DNA of 64,000 nucleotides from Gemmatimonadota bacterium (GTDB taxonomy: Bacteria; Gemmatimonadota; Gemmatimonadetes; Palauibacterales; Palauibacteraceae), in contig JBHIAV010000007.1 in the NCBI GenBank assembly GCA_046758745.1, positions 28,950 to 92,949 of the forward strand, given 5' to 3'. Numbering within the stretch: the first letter of the stretch is position 1; every line of letters begins with the position of its first letter. Positions 38,530 through 49,705 of this stretch are shown here, piece after piece. Both the position numbers and the translations under genes were made by a program. The notes beneath the pieces are model-generated. The model was not told the origin of the DNA and ran no database searches. It saw only the letters and a list, made by a program, of their open reading frames with translations.

Positions 38530-41409
38530 TCAGGAGAACGCCTGCAGGATTCGCCGGAGACCCTCCTCCACCTCGCGGCCCAGGTGAACGCGAATCACCC
38601 GGCGCCCGCGCGCGGCCAGCGCCCGAAAGTCGCCGAGCGCCTGTGCCCTGTGGAGCACGGCGAAGCCGTACGGGCTCCCGGGGATCGGCAGGTCCCCGGC
38701 CGGGTCGGCGGTAAGGAGTAAGAAGGCCCCGCGGTCGGGTCCCCCCTTGTGCAGTTGCCCCGTGGAGTGCAGGTACCGCGGTCCGTAGCCGAGTGTGGTG
38801 GCCGCCCGGGTGCGGGCGCGCAGGCGCGCCCGGAGGGTGCGCAACAGCTCGTCGCGGGCCGGCGTCGCCCGGAAGTACGCGAGGAGCGCGAGGTAACTCC
38901 GCGGTCTGGCCAGCTCGGCGAACGCGGTGAGCAGGGCGTTTGGCGCATTGTCGGTCAACTCCCGCGCCCAAGCGGCCTTTCGGTCAAACTCGATGCGCAG
39001 CCCGCCTTCGCTCGCGGCCAGCTCGGACTCCGAGAACGTTCCTCTCTCACCCCACTCCTCGAGCAGGACGGCGGTGCTACGCTTGCTCTCGGAGACGTTC
39101 GGCTCATCGAACGGGTTGACCCCCAGCACCGCGCCGGCCGTCGCCGTGGCGAGCTCCCATCGGAGGAACTCCCCGCCTAAGCTCTCGAGTCGCGGAAGGT
39201 CAATGCGGATGACCGGATGGCCCGCCGCCTCGAGCTCGGTGAGCTCCGACCTGCCGCCGGGCCGAACGCCGAGCCGGACGAAGACGCGATCCGGACCGTA
39301 CTCCTCCGGCCTGCCGCCCGGCTCGCCGACGACCGGAACGAGCCCGCGCCCATCCTTTCCGGTGCTCTCGGCGAGCAGCTGCTCAACCCACATCGGGAAG
39401 CTGTCGACCTCCGGCGAGGCGATGAAGGTCACCTTGTCCCGGCCCCGCCGGGCGAGCGCGCCGAGGGCGGCTCCGAGGCCAACCGCCGGGTTGTCGACGA
39501 GCGGGATCGCGGGACCGCTTCCGACCCGCACCTCGCGCGCCGAGGCGAGCACCGCATCCACGTCGACGCCGAGGAGGGTCATCGGGAGGAGCCCGAACGC
39601 CGTGAGCGCGGAGTATCGCCCGCCCACATCTTCGGGAGTGGGGAAGTGGCGGAGGAACCCGCTCTCCCTGGCCTCGCGCTCGAGCGGTGTTCCCGGATCG
39701 GTAAGCGCCACGAAGCGCCTCCCCGGCCGCGGCTCCCCGGCCGCCGCCACCCGCTCCCGAAAATACCGGTACAGGCTGAGCGTCTCCACCGTGGTTCCGG
39801 ACTTGCTCGCCACAAGGAAGAGTGTTCGGTTGAGATCGACGCGCGACTCGACGGCGCGCACTGCGTCAGGATCGGTGTCGTCCAGGACGATGAGCTCCGG
39901 CCAGCCCGGCGCCGCCCCGAACGTTCGGGCCACGACGGCCGGGCACAGGCTGCTCCCCCCCATCCCAAGCAGCACGACGTACCGCGTGCCCGCCTCCTTC
40001 ACCTCGGCGGCGAATCCCCGGATCTCCCCCAGAACTGCGGGAGCGACATCGAGGCTGTCGAGCCATCCGAGGCGACGCGCGATCCTCGGGGCAATGTCGG
40101 GATCCAGGGTCCAGATCGAGGGGTCGCGGCGGAAGAGGCGGGGGCCGAAGCGGCGGGCATGCAGGGCCGACGCAGTGGCGCTGATCGCCGACTTCGCCGC
40201 GCCAGGCGACATCTCTTGCCGAACCGCCCGATCCCCCAGGATCGCAGTCCGCTTGGCCGCCAGCGCGCCCATCAGCGCATCGTACGGGTCCAGGAACTTC
40301 TGCGCTCCCTCGTTGATGAGCTGCCAGGTCACCGCGTCGAAGTCGACGCCGACGGCCCGCAGCCCATCGAGCGCCCTACGAGCTTCTTCGAGGTCCTCCT
40401 CCACCGATCGCGGCCGAATCCGGCCGTGGTCGGCGAACGCCGCGATCGTACTCTCCGGCATGGTGTTCACTGTGCCCGGCCCGATCAGCGGCTCGACGTA
40501 GCGCACGTCGCCGTACAGGGGGTCCTTGGTGCTCGTGCTCGCCCACAGCACCCGCTGCACGCGCGCCCCCTCGGCCGCGAGGCGCGCCCACCGCTCGCCC
40601 GCGAAGATCTCGAGGAAGCTCCGGTAGGCGAGCTTCGCGTTGGCCACCGCCGCCCGGCCGAGGAGCATCTCAGGTCGAGGACCGTGGCCGGGCTCGTCTC
40701 CCGGCCACATGCGATGTCCGAGGAGCTGGTCGGTGAGCACGTCGATGCGGCTGAGGAAGAAGCTCGCCACGGAGGCGATGCGATCGACGGACCGTCCCTC
40801 GTCGAGCCGACGCTCGAGCGCCCGAACGTACGCCCACGCCACCGCCTCGTAGCTCTCGATCGAGAAGAGGAGGGTGATGTTGACATTGATCCCCTCATAC
40901 AGGAGTCGCTCGACAGCCGGCACACCGGCCGGCGAGCCGGGGATCTTGATGAGCAGGTTTGGACGGTCGACCGATGACCACAGGCGGCGAGCCTCCTCGC
41001 ACGAGGCCTCCGTGTCGTGCACCAGGTACGGGGAGACCTCGAGGCTGACGAACCCATCGGCTCCGTCGGACGAGTCGTACACCCGCCTAAGAACGTCGCA
41101 CGCCTCTCGGATGTCCGTGACGACGAGCTCTTCGTAGATTTCCTCGAGCGGCCGCCCGGCATCGACCAGCTCGCGGACCTGCTCGTCATAGTCCGTTCCG
41201 GCCGAGATCGCCTTGCAGAAGATGGCCGGGTTGGACGTCACTCCCCGGAGCCCCTCCGCCCGCACCCGCCGCTCCAGATCGCCGCTACGGATCAGGCGGC
41301 GCGACAGGTTGTCGATCCAGTAGCTCTGCCCGCAGTCGATCAGCTGGAGGAGCGGATTCGCCGGCGAGCCGGCGGCAAAGGTCTCGTCCCTGCGCGTGAC
41401 TGTGGCCAT
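38530..41409 (-). CDS. Bifunctional transaldolase / glucose-6-phosphate isomerase
   Basis: GVTSNPAIF, SLEVSP, IKIP, NITLLFS, WASTSTK; then GMGGSSL, ASKSGTTVET, GGRYSAL, ESTGK, HSTGQLHKGG. Confidence 0.93.
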   Translation of the reverse strand: MATVTRRDETFAAGSPANPLLQLIDCGQSYWIDNLSRRLIRSGDLERRVRAEGLRGVTSNPAIFCKAISAGTDYDEQVRELVDAGRPLEEIYEELVVTDIREACDVLRRVYDSSDGADGFVSLEVSPYLVHDTEASCEEARRLWSSVDRPNLLIKIPGSPAGVPAVERLLYEGINVNITLLFSIESYEAVAWAYVRALERRLDEGRSVDRIASVASFFLSRIDVLTDQLLGHRMWPGDEPGHGPRPEMLLGRAAVANAKLAYRSFLEIFAGERWARLAAEGARVQRVLWASTSTKDPLYGDVRYVEPLIGPGTVNTMPESTIAAFADHGRIRPRSVEEDLEEARRALDGLRAVGVDFDAVTWQLINEGAQKFLDPYDALMGALAAKRTAILGDRAVRQEMSPGAAKSAISATASALHARRFGPRLFRRDPSIWTLDPDIAPRIARRLGWLDSLDVAPAVLGEIRGFAAEVKEAGTRYVVLLGMGGSSLCPAVVARTFGAAPGWPELIVLDDTDPDAVRAVESRVDLNRTLFLVASKSGTTVETLSLYRYFRERVAAAGEPRPGRRFVALTDPGTPLEREARESGFLRHFPTPEDVGGRYSALTAFGLLPMTLLGVDVDAVLASAREVRVGSGPAIPLVDNPAVGLGAALGALARRGRDKVTFIASPEVDSFPMWVEQLLAESTGKDGRGLVPVVGEPGGRPEEYGPDRVFVRLGVRPGGRSELTELEAAGHPVIRIDLPRLESLGGEFLRWELATATAGAVLGVNPFDEPNVSESKRSTAVLLEEWGERGTFSESELAASEGGLRIEFDRKAAWARELTDNAPNALLTAFAELARPRSYLALLAYFRATPARDELLRTLRARLRARTRAATTLGYGPRYLHSTGQLHKGGPDRGAFLLLTADPAGDLPIPGSPYGFAVLHRAQALGDFRALAARGRRVIRVHLGREVEEGLRRILQAFS

Positions 41410-41428
41410 CGATAGGGGTACCCCGTGT

Positions 41429-41905
41429 CTACGTTCGCGACTCGATCCGTTCCGCGTTCAGGAACTCGCGCTCGATCGCCTTCAGCTTGGCCAGGCGGCG
41501 GGTGTGACGCTCCTCGCCACTGAAACGCGCGCTCACGAAGGTCTCGACGATGGCGCGCGCGAGCTCGATCCCGATGACGCGCTCACCCATACAGAGGATG
41601 TTGACGTCGTCGTGCTCCACCGACTGTCGCGCCGAGTACGTGTCGTGACACACACCGGCCCGGATCCCGGGCAGCTTGTTCGCCACCACACACACGCCGA
41701 CGGCGCTCCCGCAGATCAGGATGCCGCGCTCGCTTTCCCCGCCGAGCACCGATTCGGCCACCACGCGCGCGAAGTCGGGGTAGTCCACCGGCTCGGGCCC
41801 ATCGGTCCCGAAGTCCAGCACCTGGTGGCCGCTCTCCCGGAGGTCCTCGGCCAGCCGGCTCTTGTAGCGGTATCCGGCGTGGTCGGCTGCGATCGCGATG
41901 CGCAT
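41429..41905 (-). CDS. rpiB: Ribose-5-phosphate isomerase B
   Basis: AADHAG, DYPD, ICGSAVG, ANKLPGIRA, EHDDVNIL, RHTRR. Confidence 0.95.
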   Translation of the reverse strand: MRIAIAADHAGYRYKSRLAEDLRESGHQVLDFGTDGPEPVDYPDFARVVAESVLGGESERGILICGSAVGVCVVANKLPGIRAGVCHDTYSARQSVEHDDVNILCMGERVIGIELARAIVETFVSARFSGEERHTRRLAKLKAIEREFLNAERIESRT

Positions 41906-43983
41906 CAGGTCGACTCCTGAAGAAGACGCTCGGCACGCGCCACCACGTTCTCGACGGTGAACCCGAAGCCTCGGAAGTTGTCACCCGCCGGAGCGCTCGC
42001 GCCGTAGCGATCGATCCCGAGCACGTCGCCGCGATCCCCCACCCATTCGCACCAGCCGAACGAGGCGCCGGCCTCTATGGCGAGCCGCGCGGTGACGTCG
42101 GGTGGGAGCACCGCATCCCGGTAGCTCCGCGGCTGCTCGCGGAAGAGCTCCCAGCACGGCATGCTGACTACGCGAGCGCGGGTGCCCGCAGCGGCCAGCG
42201 CCGCCTGGGCCTCCAGGGCCAGCGACACCTCCGAGCCGGAGGCGAGCAGGATGAGATCCGGCCCGCCGGACGCTTCCCGGCTCAGCACGTACGCGCCGCG
42301 GGCCAGCTCCTCGGCCCCCGCCAGCCCCGCCGATCGATCCAGCACGGGCACCGTCTGGCGGGTAAGGACGAGCACGGTGGGCCCGTCCCGGCGGCTGACC
42401 GCGACCCGCCATGCGTAGGTGACCTCGTTCGCGTCCGCCGGCCGGATGACTCGGACTCCCGGCATGGCGCGAAGCGAGGCGAGGTGCTCGATCGGCTGGT
42501 GGGTCGGCCCGTCCTCGCCCAGCCCGATCGAGTCGTGCGTCATCACGTAGATCACCGGCACGCCCATCAGAGCCGAGAGGCGGATCGCCGGACGGGCGTA
42601 GTCGGTGAACACGAAGAAGGTCGCGGCGAACGGGCGGACGCCGCCGTGCAGTGCCATGCCCGTCGAGCACGCGCACATCCCGTGCTCGCGAACGCCCCAT
42701 CGGAGGTTGCGGTTGCCGTACGCGCCCCGGGCGAGATCACCGGAGCCCTCGATCCGCGTCTTGGTGGAGGGGGCGAGGTCGGCGCTCCCTCCGAGCAGCC
42801 AGGGGATCCGCTCCGCCAGGACGTTGAGCACCTTCCCCGAGGCGGCGCGCGTGGCGATCGGACCGTCGTCCGGTCGGAAGAAGGGTAGTCCCTCCTCCCA
42901 CCCCTCGGGTAGCGCGCCGCCGATCGCGGCCTCCAGACGGACGGCGAGCTCGGGGTACGCTTCCCGGTAGGCGGCGAAGCGGGCCTGCCATTCGGCTTCA
43001 AGGCGAGCCCCACGCTCGACGGCTCGCCGCATATGCTCGAGCGCTCTCGCCGGAACGAGGAAGCTCTCGTCCTCCGGCCACCCGTAGAAGCGCTTGGTGA
43101 GCGCGACCTCCTCCTCACCGAGGGGGGCACCGTGGGCCGCGGCGGTGTCCTGCTTGTTCGGCGAGCCGTACGCGATGTGGGAGCGAACGATGATCAGGGA
43201 AGGACGCTCCGTCTCCGCCCGGCCGGCGGCGAGGGCCGCCGAGAGCGCATCCAGATCGTTCGCCGCTTCGCCGAGGTCCTGCACGTGCCAACCGTACGCC
43301 CGGAAGCGGCCGGCCACGTCGTCCGAGTACGCGAGCTCCGTGGACCCTTCGATCGTGATGTGATTGTCGTCATAGATCCAGGTGAGCTTCTGGAGGCCGA
43401 GGTGACCCGCGATCGAAGCGGCCTCGTGAGATGCCCCCTCCATCAGGTCACCGTCGCTGCAGATCACGTACGTGCGATGATCGACGATCCGGTGGCCCTT
43501 CCGGTTGAACACGGCCCCCAGGTGCGCCTCCGCGATCGCCATCCCGACGGAGTTCATACAGCCCTGCCCGAGCGGACCCGTCGTCGTCTCTATCCCGGGA
43601 GTGAGGAAGTTCTCGGGATGTCCCGGCGTCTTGCTTCTCCACTGCCGGAAGCTCTTCAGCTCTTCGAGCGAGATGTCGTAGCCGGCGAGGTAGAGCGCCG
43701 CGTACTGCAGCATGGAGGCGTGGCCTGCCGAGAGGACAAACCGATCCCGATCGAACCAATCCGGGTTCCGCGGGTTGTACCGCATCTCCCGGCTCCACAG
43801 GAGATAGGCGAGGGGCGCCAGGGCCATCGGCGCCCCGGGATGGCCCGAATTCGCCCTCTGCACGGCGTCCATGGCCAGGGTGCGGATGGTGTTGATGCAC
43901 AGCTCCTCGATCGGCATCTCCTCCAGGACCCCCTGTTCGGGGACCTTCGGGGCCGCCAGCTCCGTGCGCTGTTGGCGAGGCAA
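41905..43983 (-). CDS. tkt: Transketolase
   Basis: [53 protein letters not shown]. Start is TTG 43983 (GGAG RBS) or ATG 43917. Confidence 0.95.
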   Translation of the reverse strand: MPRQQRTELAAPKVPEQGVLEEMPIEELCINTIRTLAMDAVQRANSGHPGAPMALAPLAYLLWSREMRYNPRNPDWFDRDRFVLSAGHASMLQYAALYLAGYDISLEELKSFRQWRSKTPGHPENFLTPGIETTTGPLGQGCMNSVGMAIAEAHLGAVFNRKGHRIVDHRTYVICSDGDLMEGASHEAASIAGHLGLQKLTWIYDDNHITIEGSTELAYSDDVAGRFRAYGWHVQDLGEAANDLDALSAALAAGRAETERPSLIIVRSHIAYGSPNKQDTAAAHGAPLGEEEVALTKRFYGWPEDESFLVPARALEHMRRAVERGARLEAEWQARFAAYREAYPELAVRLEAAIGGALPEGWEEGLPFFRPDDGPIATRAASGKVLNVLAERIPWLLGGSADLAPSTKTRIEGSGDLARGAYGNRNLRWGVREHGMCACSTGMALHGGVRPFAATFFVFTDYARPAIRLSALMGVPVIYVMTHDSIGLGEDGPTHQPIEHLASLRAMPGVRVIRPADANEVTYAWRVAVSRRDGPTVLVLTRQTVPVLDRSAGLAGAEELARGAYVLSREASGGPDLILLASGSEVSLALEAQAALAAAGTRARVVSMPCWELFREQPRSYRDAVLPPDVTARLAIEAGASFGWCEWVGDRGDVLGIDRYGASAPAGDNFRGFGFTVENVVARAERLLQEST

Positions 43984-44206
43984 ACGATTCTCCCTGTGAT
44001 GCGGACAACCGAGGCGGCGGTCGGACGTCACACGATACAACGCGCCGGCCGGGCTCGCATGCGGGCGGCCTGCCGGCCGCCTCGCCTCCCCGCTAGCTTC
44101 GGGAGCGGGACATCGCCCGCGCGCGGACCGAACGCGCGGCGCCCGGGCGCGCCCGGGCGTGTGGCGAAGGAGGGAGCCGATAGGTCGAGCCACGAGAGAA
44201 GGACGG

Positions 44207-46369
44207 GTGGGCGAATCGACGCAACGGGGGAGGGAAGGCCGCGAGCTGCGCGAGCTGGCTCGGCTGTACGGCGTGCAGACGTCGTACGAAGACGTGACTG
44301 GCCACCGCCGATCCGCCCTGCCCGAAGTGCTCCTCGCCGTGCTGAAGGCCCAGGGGGCCCCGCTCGATCGGATCGAGGAGGCGGCCGACGCCGGGCGTGC
44401 GAGACGGCTCGAGCTGTGCGGCCGCGCCGTGTCACCGACCGTGGTCGTGTGGGGCGGACGGGGAGCGGAGGTTCGGCTCCGCGGCCCCGCCGGCCGAAGC
44501 GGGCTCCTGGAGCTGCGTCTGGAGCTCGAGAGCGGTGAGAACATCGAGTGGTGTGAGCGCTGGGAGGCGCTGGCGCCGGCAGGTGGAGCCGTGGTGGAGG
44601 GGAGCGTTTTCGAGGCACGCCGGCTCTTGCTCCCCGCCGGCCTTCCGTGCGGCTACCATCGACTCGTTGTGGGGGTGGGTGGTGGCATCCATCGGGCGCT
44701 TGTCCTCTCTGCACCGGAGCGCGCCTGGCTGAACGCCGGGGGCACGCGGAGGTGGGGGATCTTCCTGCCCCTGTACGCCCTGCGCTCCGCGCGGAGCTGG
44801 GCGACCGGCAGCTTCACGGACCTTGCGGAGCTCGCCCGGTGGACGGCCAGCCGGGGCGGGAGCCTGATCGGGACGCTCCCGATGCTGGCGGCATTTCTCG
44901 ACCTGCCGCTCGAGCCGAGTCCGTATCTGCCGGCGAGCCGCCTGCTGTGGAACGACCTGTACATCGACCTGGAGGGCTCGCCGGAGCTGGCTGCCTGTCC
45001 GGAGGCACGGACCCTGCTGGCCGATCCCGCGACGCGCGCGGAGGTGGCCGCCCTGCGCGACGCGACGCTGGTCGACTATCGCCGCGCCGCCGTCCTACAC
45101 CGGCGAATCCTCGGTGCGCTCTCCCTCTGCTTCTTCGCGGAGGGCCGACACCACTCCCCCGCCTTTCGAAGCTTCCTCGAGGAGGTCCCGGAAGCGTCCG
45201 ACTACGCCCGTTTCCGCGCCGCCGGCGAGCGGTACCGTGCGCCGTGGAGGGCGTGGCCGGAGCGGCAGCGGGCCGGTGACCTCCGACGAGGCGACTATGA
45301 TGAGGAAGCGGCCCGTCGTCATCTGTACGCGCAGTGGCTGGCCAGCGCCCAGCTCTCGGCCGCAGCGGAAACGGCGCGCTCCGCCGGAGCCGTCCTCTAC
45401 CTGGATCTGCCACTCGGGATCCACCCCGACGGATACGATGTGTGGAGGGAGCGTCGGCTGTATGCCGAGGGGGTGGCGGCGGGCGCGCCCCCCGACCCGT
45501 TCTTCGAAGGGGGACAGGTCTGGGGCTTCCCGCCGTTCCTCCCCGGACGGCTGCGCGAGGCGGGGTACGGTCACTACCGGCGAATCCTCCGCGCCCACAT
45601 GCGGGTCGCCGGGGTCCTGCGCATCGACCACGTGATGGGACTGCACCGGCTCTTCTGGATCCCCAGGGGCGCCCCGGCTCGGGAGGGAGTGTACGTGCGA
45701 TACCCGGCCCGGGAGCTGTACGCGATCCTGTGCATCGAGTCGCGGCGGCACGCGTGCACCGTGGTGGGGGAGGATCTGGGCACGGTGCCCCAGCCCGTGC
45801 GCGCAGCGATGGACCGGCGGGGCATCCTGCGCTCGTACGTGCTCGCTTTCGGCCTCCCGGGCCGAGAGGGAGACGAGCCGGCGGCCGTGCCTGAGGATTC
45901 GCTGGCCACCCTCAACACCCACGATCTCTACCCCTTCGCGGCGTTCTGGGAGGGTCGCGACCTGGAGGATCGGCGCCGCCTGTTCGGCGATTCGTCGGCG
46001 ACCGATTTCGGAGCGGCCCTCGAGAAGCGACGGGTGGCGCGGGCGGCGCTCGCCGCCTACCTGGAGCGGCACGGCCGGCTCGGCGCGCCTGCGACCGCGA
46101 GCCGGGCGCTTCTGGCCTGTCTCGCGCACCTGGCGGCGAGTCCGGCGCGCTATGTTCTCGTCTCCTTGGAGGACCTGTGGGGGGAGGTGGAGCCGCACAA
46201 CGTGCCCGGCACCCTCGACGAGCGGCCGAACTGGCGGAGGCGGGCTCGCCTCACCCTGCATGAGCTCGCCGAGGATCGTCGCGTGACGGCGCTCCTCGCT
46301 GCGCTGCGCCGGGGTCGCAGAGCCGCCGCCGCCGGGGCGGCGCCCGCGAGAGGTGGAGGTGGAGGGTGA
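44207..46369 (+). CDS. malQ: 4-alpha-glucanotransferase (GH77, amylomaltase)
   Basis: [51 protein letters not shown]. Confidence 0.93.
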   Translation: MGESTQRGREGRELRELARLYGVQTSYEDVTGHRRSALPEVLLAVLKAQGAPLDRIEEAADAGRARRLELCGRAVSPTVVVWGGRGAEVRLRGPAGRSGLLELRLELESGENIEWCERWEALAPAGGAVVEGSVFEARRLLLPAGLPCGYHRLVVGVGGGIHRALVLSAPERAWLNAGGTRRWGIFLPLYALRSARSWATGSFTDLAELARWTASRGGSLIGTLPMLAAFLDLPLEPSPYLPASRLLWNDLYIDLEGSPELAACPEARTLLADPATRAEVAALRDATLVDYRRAAVLHRRILGALSLCFFAEGRHHSPAFRSFLEEVPEASDYARFRAAGERYRAPWRAWPERQRAGDLRRGDYDEEAARRHLYAQWLASAQLSAAAETARSAGAVLYLDLPLGIHPDGYDVWRERRLYAEGVAAGAPPDPFFEGGQVWGFPPFLPGRLREAGYGHYRRILRAHMRVAGVLRIDHVMGLHRLFWIPRGAPAREGVYVRYPARELYAILCIESRRHACTVVGEDLGTVPQPVRAAMDRRGILRSYVLAFGLPGREGDEPAAVPEDSLATLNTHDLYPFAAFWEGRDLEDRRRLFGDSSATDFGAALEKRRVARAALAAYLERHGRLGAPATASRALLACLAHLAASPARYVLVSLEDLWGEVEPHNVPGTLDERPNWRRRARLTLHELAEDRRVTALLAALRRGRRAAAAGAAPARGGGGG

Positions 46370-48795
46370 GCAACCGCTTTTTGTGCATCCACGGCCACTT
46401 CTACCAGCCACCTCGGGAGAACCCGTGGCTCGAGGCGATCGAGCGCCAGGACTCGGCCCGCCCGTACCACGACTGGAACGAGCGGATTACGGCGGAGTGC
46501 TACGAGCCGAACGCCGTCGCCCGGATCCTGAACAGGCAGGGGCGGATCGTGCGCCTACTCAACAACTACTCTCGGATCAGCTTCAACTTCGGTCCCACCC
46601 TGCTGGCCTGGCTGGAGGGGCGCGCGCCAGCCACCTACGCGGCGATCCTCGCCGCGGATGGGCAGAGCGTGATGCGGTTCGGCGGTCACGGCTCCGCCAT
46701 CGCCCAGCCGTACAACCACATGATCCTCCCCCTCGCGACGCCCCGCGATCGGCGCACCCAGGTGGCTTGGGGCGTACGCGACTTCGAGCGGCGTTTCGGG
46801 CGCCGGCCGGAAGGGATGTGGCTGCCCGAGACCGCCGTCGACCTCGACACGCTGGAGGCGCTCGCCGAGCGAGGGATCCTGTTCACCATCCTGGCCCCGC
46901 ACCAGGCGACACGGATGCGCCCGATGGGAGAGGGGTCGTGGAAGCGGGTGGGGGGCGGCGAGCTCGACACGATGCGCCCGTACACGCAGAGCCTCCCTTC
47001 TGGTAGGGCGATCCGACTCCTCTTCTATGATGCGTCCCTGTCCACAGCCGTCGCCTTCGAACGCCTCCTCGACGACGGCGAGCGTTTCGCCGATCGGCTT
47101 CTCGGCGCGTTCGACGGAACAGCCGGGGAGACGCGGCTGCTGCACCTCGCCGCCGACGGGGAAACGTACGGCCACCACCACCGACACGGGGAGATGGCGC
47201 TCGCTTACGCTCTGCGTCGGCTGGGAGAGGAGCCGGGTCTCCGTCTGACGAACTATTCGGAGTTCCTGGCGGCCCATCCTCCGGCGTACGAGGTAGAGAT
47301 CGCGGAGAACACCTCGTGGAGCTGCGGACACGGGATCCAGAGGTGGAGGGAGGACTGCGGTTGCTGCACTGGAGCGCACCCGGGGTGGAGCCAGGCATGG
47401 CGTGCGCCGCTCCGCGCGGCGCTCGATTGGCTGCGGGACTCCCTCTGCGGTCCCTTCGAGGAGGGTGCGGGCTCGCTCCTCCAGGATGCGTGGGCTGCGC
47501 GGGACGCGTACATCGACGTCGTTCTCGACCGGTCCGACGAGGGTCTCGAGCGATTCTTCTCCGAGCACGGGCGGGCCCCATCCACGCCTGCCGAGCGCAC
47601 CGCTGCGCTGAAGCTACTCGAGCTCCAGCGTCACGCGATGCTCATGTACACGAGCTGCGGATGGTTCTTCGACGACTTGGGCGGGATCGAGTCTATCCAG
47701 GTGCTGCGCTATGCGGCGCGCGCCATCCAGCTCGCCGACGAGCTATTCGGGACGCGGCTCGAGTCGGGCTTCCTGGAGAGGCTGAGCGACGCTAGGAGCA
47801 ACGATCCGGAGCTCGGAGACGGGCGCCGGATCTACGAGCTTCGCGTGCGTCCGGCCATGCTCGACCTGCGCAGCGTGGCCGCCCACCACGGGGCGGGCTC
47901 CCTGTTCGGCGGTTTCGGCCCGCGGCTGACGGGGGAGGCTTTCCACGTCGAGAGGTCGGAGAGGAGGAGCGCTCGGATCGCGGGCGCCAGGCTCGAGACG
48001 GGACGGCTTCGGGTCATGTCCCGCGTCACCCGGGAGGAGGAGTCGTTCCGCTTCGCGGCTCTGTACCACGGGGGGCACCAGCTGACGGGCGGTCTGGTCG
48101 ACGTGGGCGACTCGGAAGCCTTCCGGCGACTCGTCGACGATTTGGAGGAAGCTCTGGAGCGGGGCGATCTGGCGACCGCCGTGCGGCGGTTGGAGGCGGG
48201 CTTTCCGCTGCAGCCCTTTTCCCTCGCCACGCTCCTGCCCGATGCGCAGCGCTTCATCGTGACCCGGATCCTGGAGGCGCACCTCGCGCGGGACGCGGCG
48301 ATCTACCGCCGCGTCTACGAGGAGGACGCTCCCCTCATGCGAATCGTCACGGCCCTCGGCGTGTCGCTCCCGCGGGCCTTCCGGCTGGCGGCGGAGTTCG
48401 TCCTCAACACGGAGCTGCGAAGAGCGCTGCACGGAGATGCATCGGACCCCGATAGGGCCGCAGCGCTGCTGGCCGAGGCGCGGGACGCCGGCATCGCCCT
48501 TGATGAGGCGGAGCTTGCGTTCGCTCTCCGGCGCACCCTCGAGGATCTCGCCGGGAGGCTCACCGGCGACCCGAGCGATCTTCTCTGGCTCGATCGGTTG
48601 CTCGCCTATCTCGAGGTCGAGGAGGCGCTGCCGTTCCCGGTGGAGGTGTGGCGGGTCCAGAACCGTCTCTATCGTCTGGCGGAAACCCGGTTCTCGGAAG
48701 CGCGCCGTCTGGCGGAGGGAGGAGACAAGGAGGCGGCGAGGTGGGTCGAGCGCATCACGCGGCTGGCGGAGCGGCTCGGACTCGCGATCGACTGA
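46366..48795 (+). CDS. GH57-family glycoside hydrolase with DUF3536
   Basis: HGHFYQPPRENPW, GMWLPETA, DGETYGHH, SWSC.HG..RW, MYTSCGWFF. Confidence 0.92.
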   Translation: MSNRFLCIHGHFYQPPRENPWLEAIERQDSARPYHDWNERITAECYEPNAVARILNRQGRIVRLLNNYSRISFNFGPTLLAWLEGRAPATYAAILAADGQSVMRFGGHGSAIAQPYNHMILPLATPRDRRTQVAWGVRDFERRFGRRPEGMWLPETAVDLDTLEALAERGILFTILAPHQATRMRPMGEGSWKRVGGGELDTMRPYTQSLPSGRAIRLLFYDASLSTAVAFERLLDDGERFADRLLGAFDGTAGETRLLHLAADGETYGHHHRHGEMALAYALRRLGEEPGLRLTNYSEFLAAHPPAYEVEIAENTSWSCGHGIQRWREDCGCCTGAHPGWSQAWRAPLRAALDWLRDSLCGPFEEGAGSLLQDAWAARDAYIDVVLDRSDEGLERFFSEHGRAPSTPAERTAALKLLELQRHAMLMYTSCGWFFDDLGGIESIQVLRYAARAIQLADELFGTRLESGFLERLSDARSNDPELGDGRRIYELRVRPAMLDLRSVAAHHGAGSLFGGFGPRLTGEAFHVERSERRSARIAGARLETGRLRVMSRVTREEESFRFAALYHGGHQLTGGLVDVGDSEAFRRLVDDLEEALERGDLATAVRRLEAGFPLQPFSLATLLPDAQRFIVTRILEAHLARDAAIYRRVYEEDAPLMRIVTALGVSLPRAFRLAAEFVLNTELRRALHGDASDPDRAAALLAEARDAGIALDEAELAFALRRTLEDLAGRLTGDPSDLLWLDRLLAYLEVEEALPFPVEVWRVQNRLYRLAETRFSEARRLAEGGDKEAARWVERITRLAERLGLAID

Positions 48796-48918
48796 CAGAT
48801 GGCCGAACCGGGCTCGTGCGCGGCCGCGCCGCCGCCCACGGCGCTCGGGCCGGGTGCACCGCAACGCGAGGCTGCGCGCCGCAGGCCCGGGCCGGCCACA
48901 CACGCGGGGGCCCGGCGA

Positions 48919-49389
48919 CTATTCGGACTCCTCTTCCCCCCTTCCCGCTCTGGACGGTCTGCCGAGAGTCCGGTTCGTCGCGTCCAACACGGCCCGCGCC
49001 GCGCCCTCGGCGAGGCTCTCCTCCACGGCTACCGCGCCAAGCAGGCGGCCTCCGCTCTCCTCTCTGAGGGAGACGAGTACCACGTCCGCGTCAAAGGCGT
49101 GAACGCGCTTGATCCCGACCAGCCGGAAGGCGGGGGCTTTCGGCGCCGCCCGGCGGAGTGCCGCGAGCGTGGCGTCCACGGCCAGGCGCAGCTCGACAGT
49201 GTCGAGCCCCACTCCAGCGGCGTCCCCGCTGTACGCCTCTCCGTCCCGCTCGAGCTCCACGCGGATTCGCAGGTTCGAGCCCCGTTCGCGTGTCACCTGC
49301 GTGCCGACGAACCGGAGGCGGCTCGGCTCGGCGGAGCGCTTCCTGGAGACCCTCTTTTTCCCGACGGCGGTCGATCGCACGGCGCTCAC
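48919..49389 (-). CDS. Hypothetical protein
   Basis: GTG with GGAGG 5 nt upstream; beta-rich sequence with two helices, ending AARAVLDATNR; fills the gap between the GH57 gene and rsmE. Confidence 0.65.
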   Translation of the reverse strand: MSAVRSTAVGKKRVSRKRSAEPSRLRFVGTQVTRERGSNLRIRVELERDGEAYSGDAAGVGLDTVELRLAVDATLAALRRAAPKAPAFRLVGIKRVHAFDADVVLVSLREESGGRLLGAVAVEESLAEGAARAVLDATNRTLGRPSRAGRGEEESE

Positions 49390-49705
49390 GTTCACCTCCC
49401 GACTCGCGTCCTGCGTACCCACACCGGCTCCAGCAAGAAGTACGCTACCGTCCCCGCCTCGTTGAAGCGACTCGGACGAGCCGTTCGCTCGTGCGCCGGC
49501 GGCTCCTCGCGGCCGTCGGGACCGGCCCGCCCACACCGCTTTCCCGGCCGGATAAAGCCTGCACAACCACGGCAATCTTTTCGTCGGTCGTCTCGCCCGG
49601 CTGGCGACCCCTGCGATCCCGCGCGTATCTTGCAGAGGTGTACTACCAGTTTGCCCGAAGTCGGGCGCCTTCGCTCGTGGGCGCGCGAAAGGGCCGGCCC
49701 GCCGG

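Noticed and set aside
38530..41409. Tal-Pgi fusion as a novelty
   Set aside because: This bifunctional architecture is already described (e.g. in Gluconobacter) and widespread.
43984..44544. 879-aa extended transketolase ORF
   Set aside because: The extension overlaps malQ on the opposite strand; homology starts near 43920.
49620..49705. c-di-GMP or lysine riboswitch-like fragments (GGGCAAAC, TGGTAGT, AGAGGTG)
   Set aside because: Only isolated short motifs; the remaining consensus elements and spacing are missing. Needs an Rfam scan.
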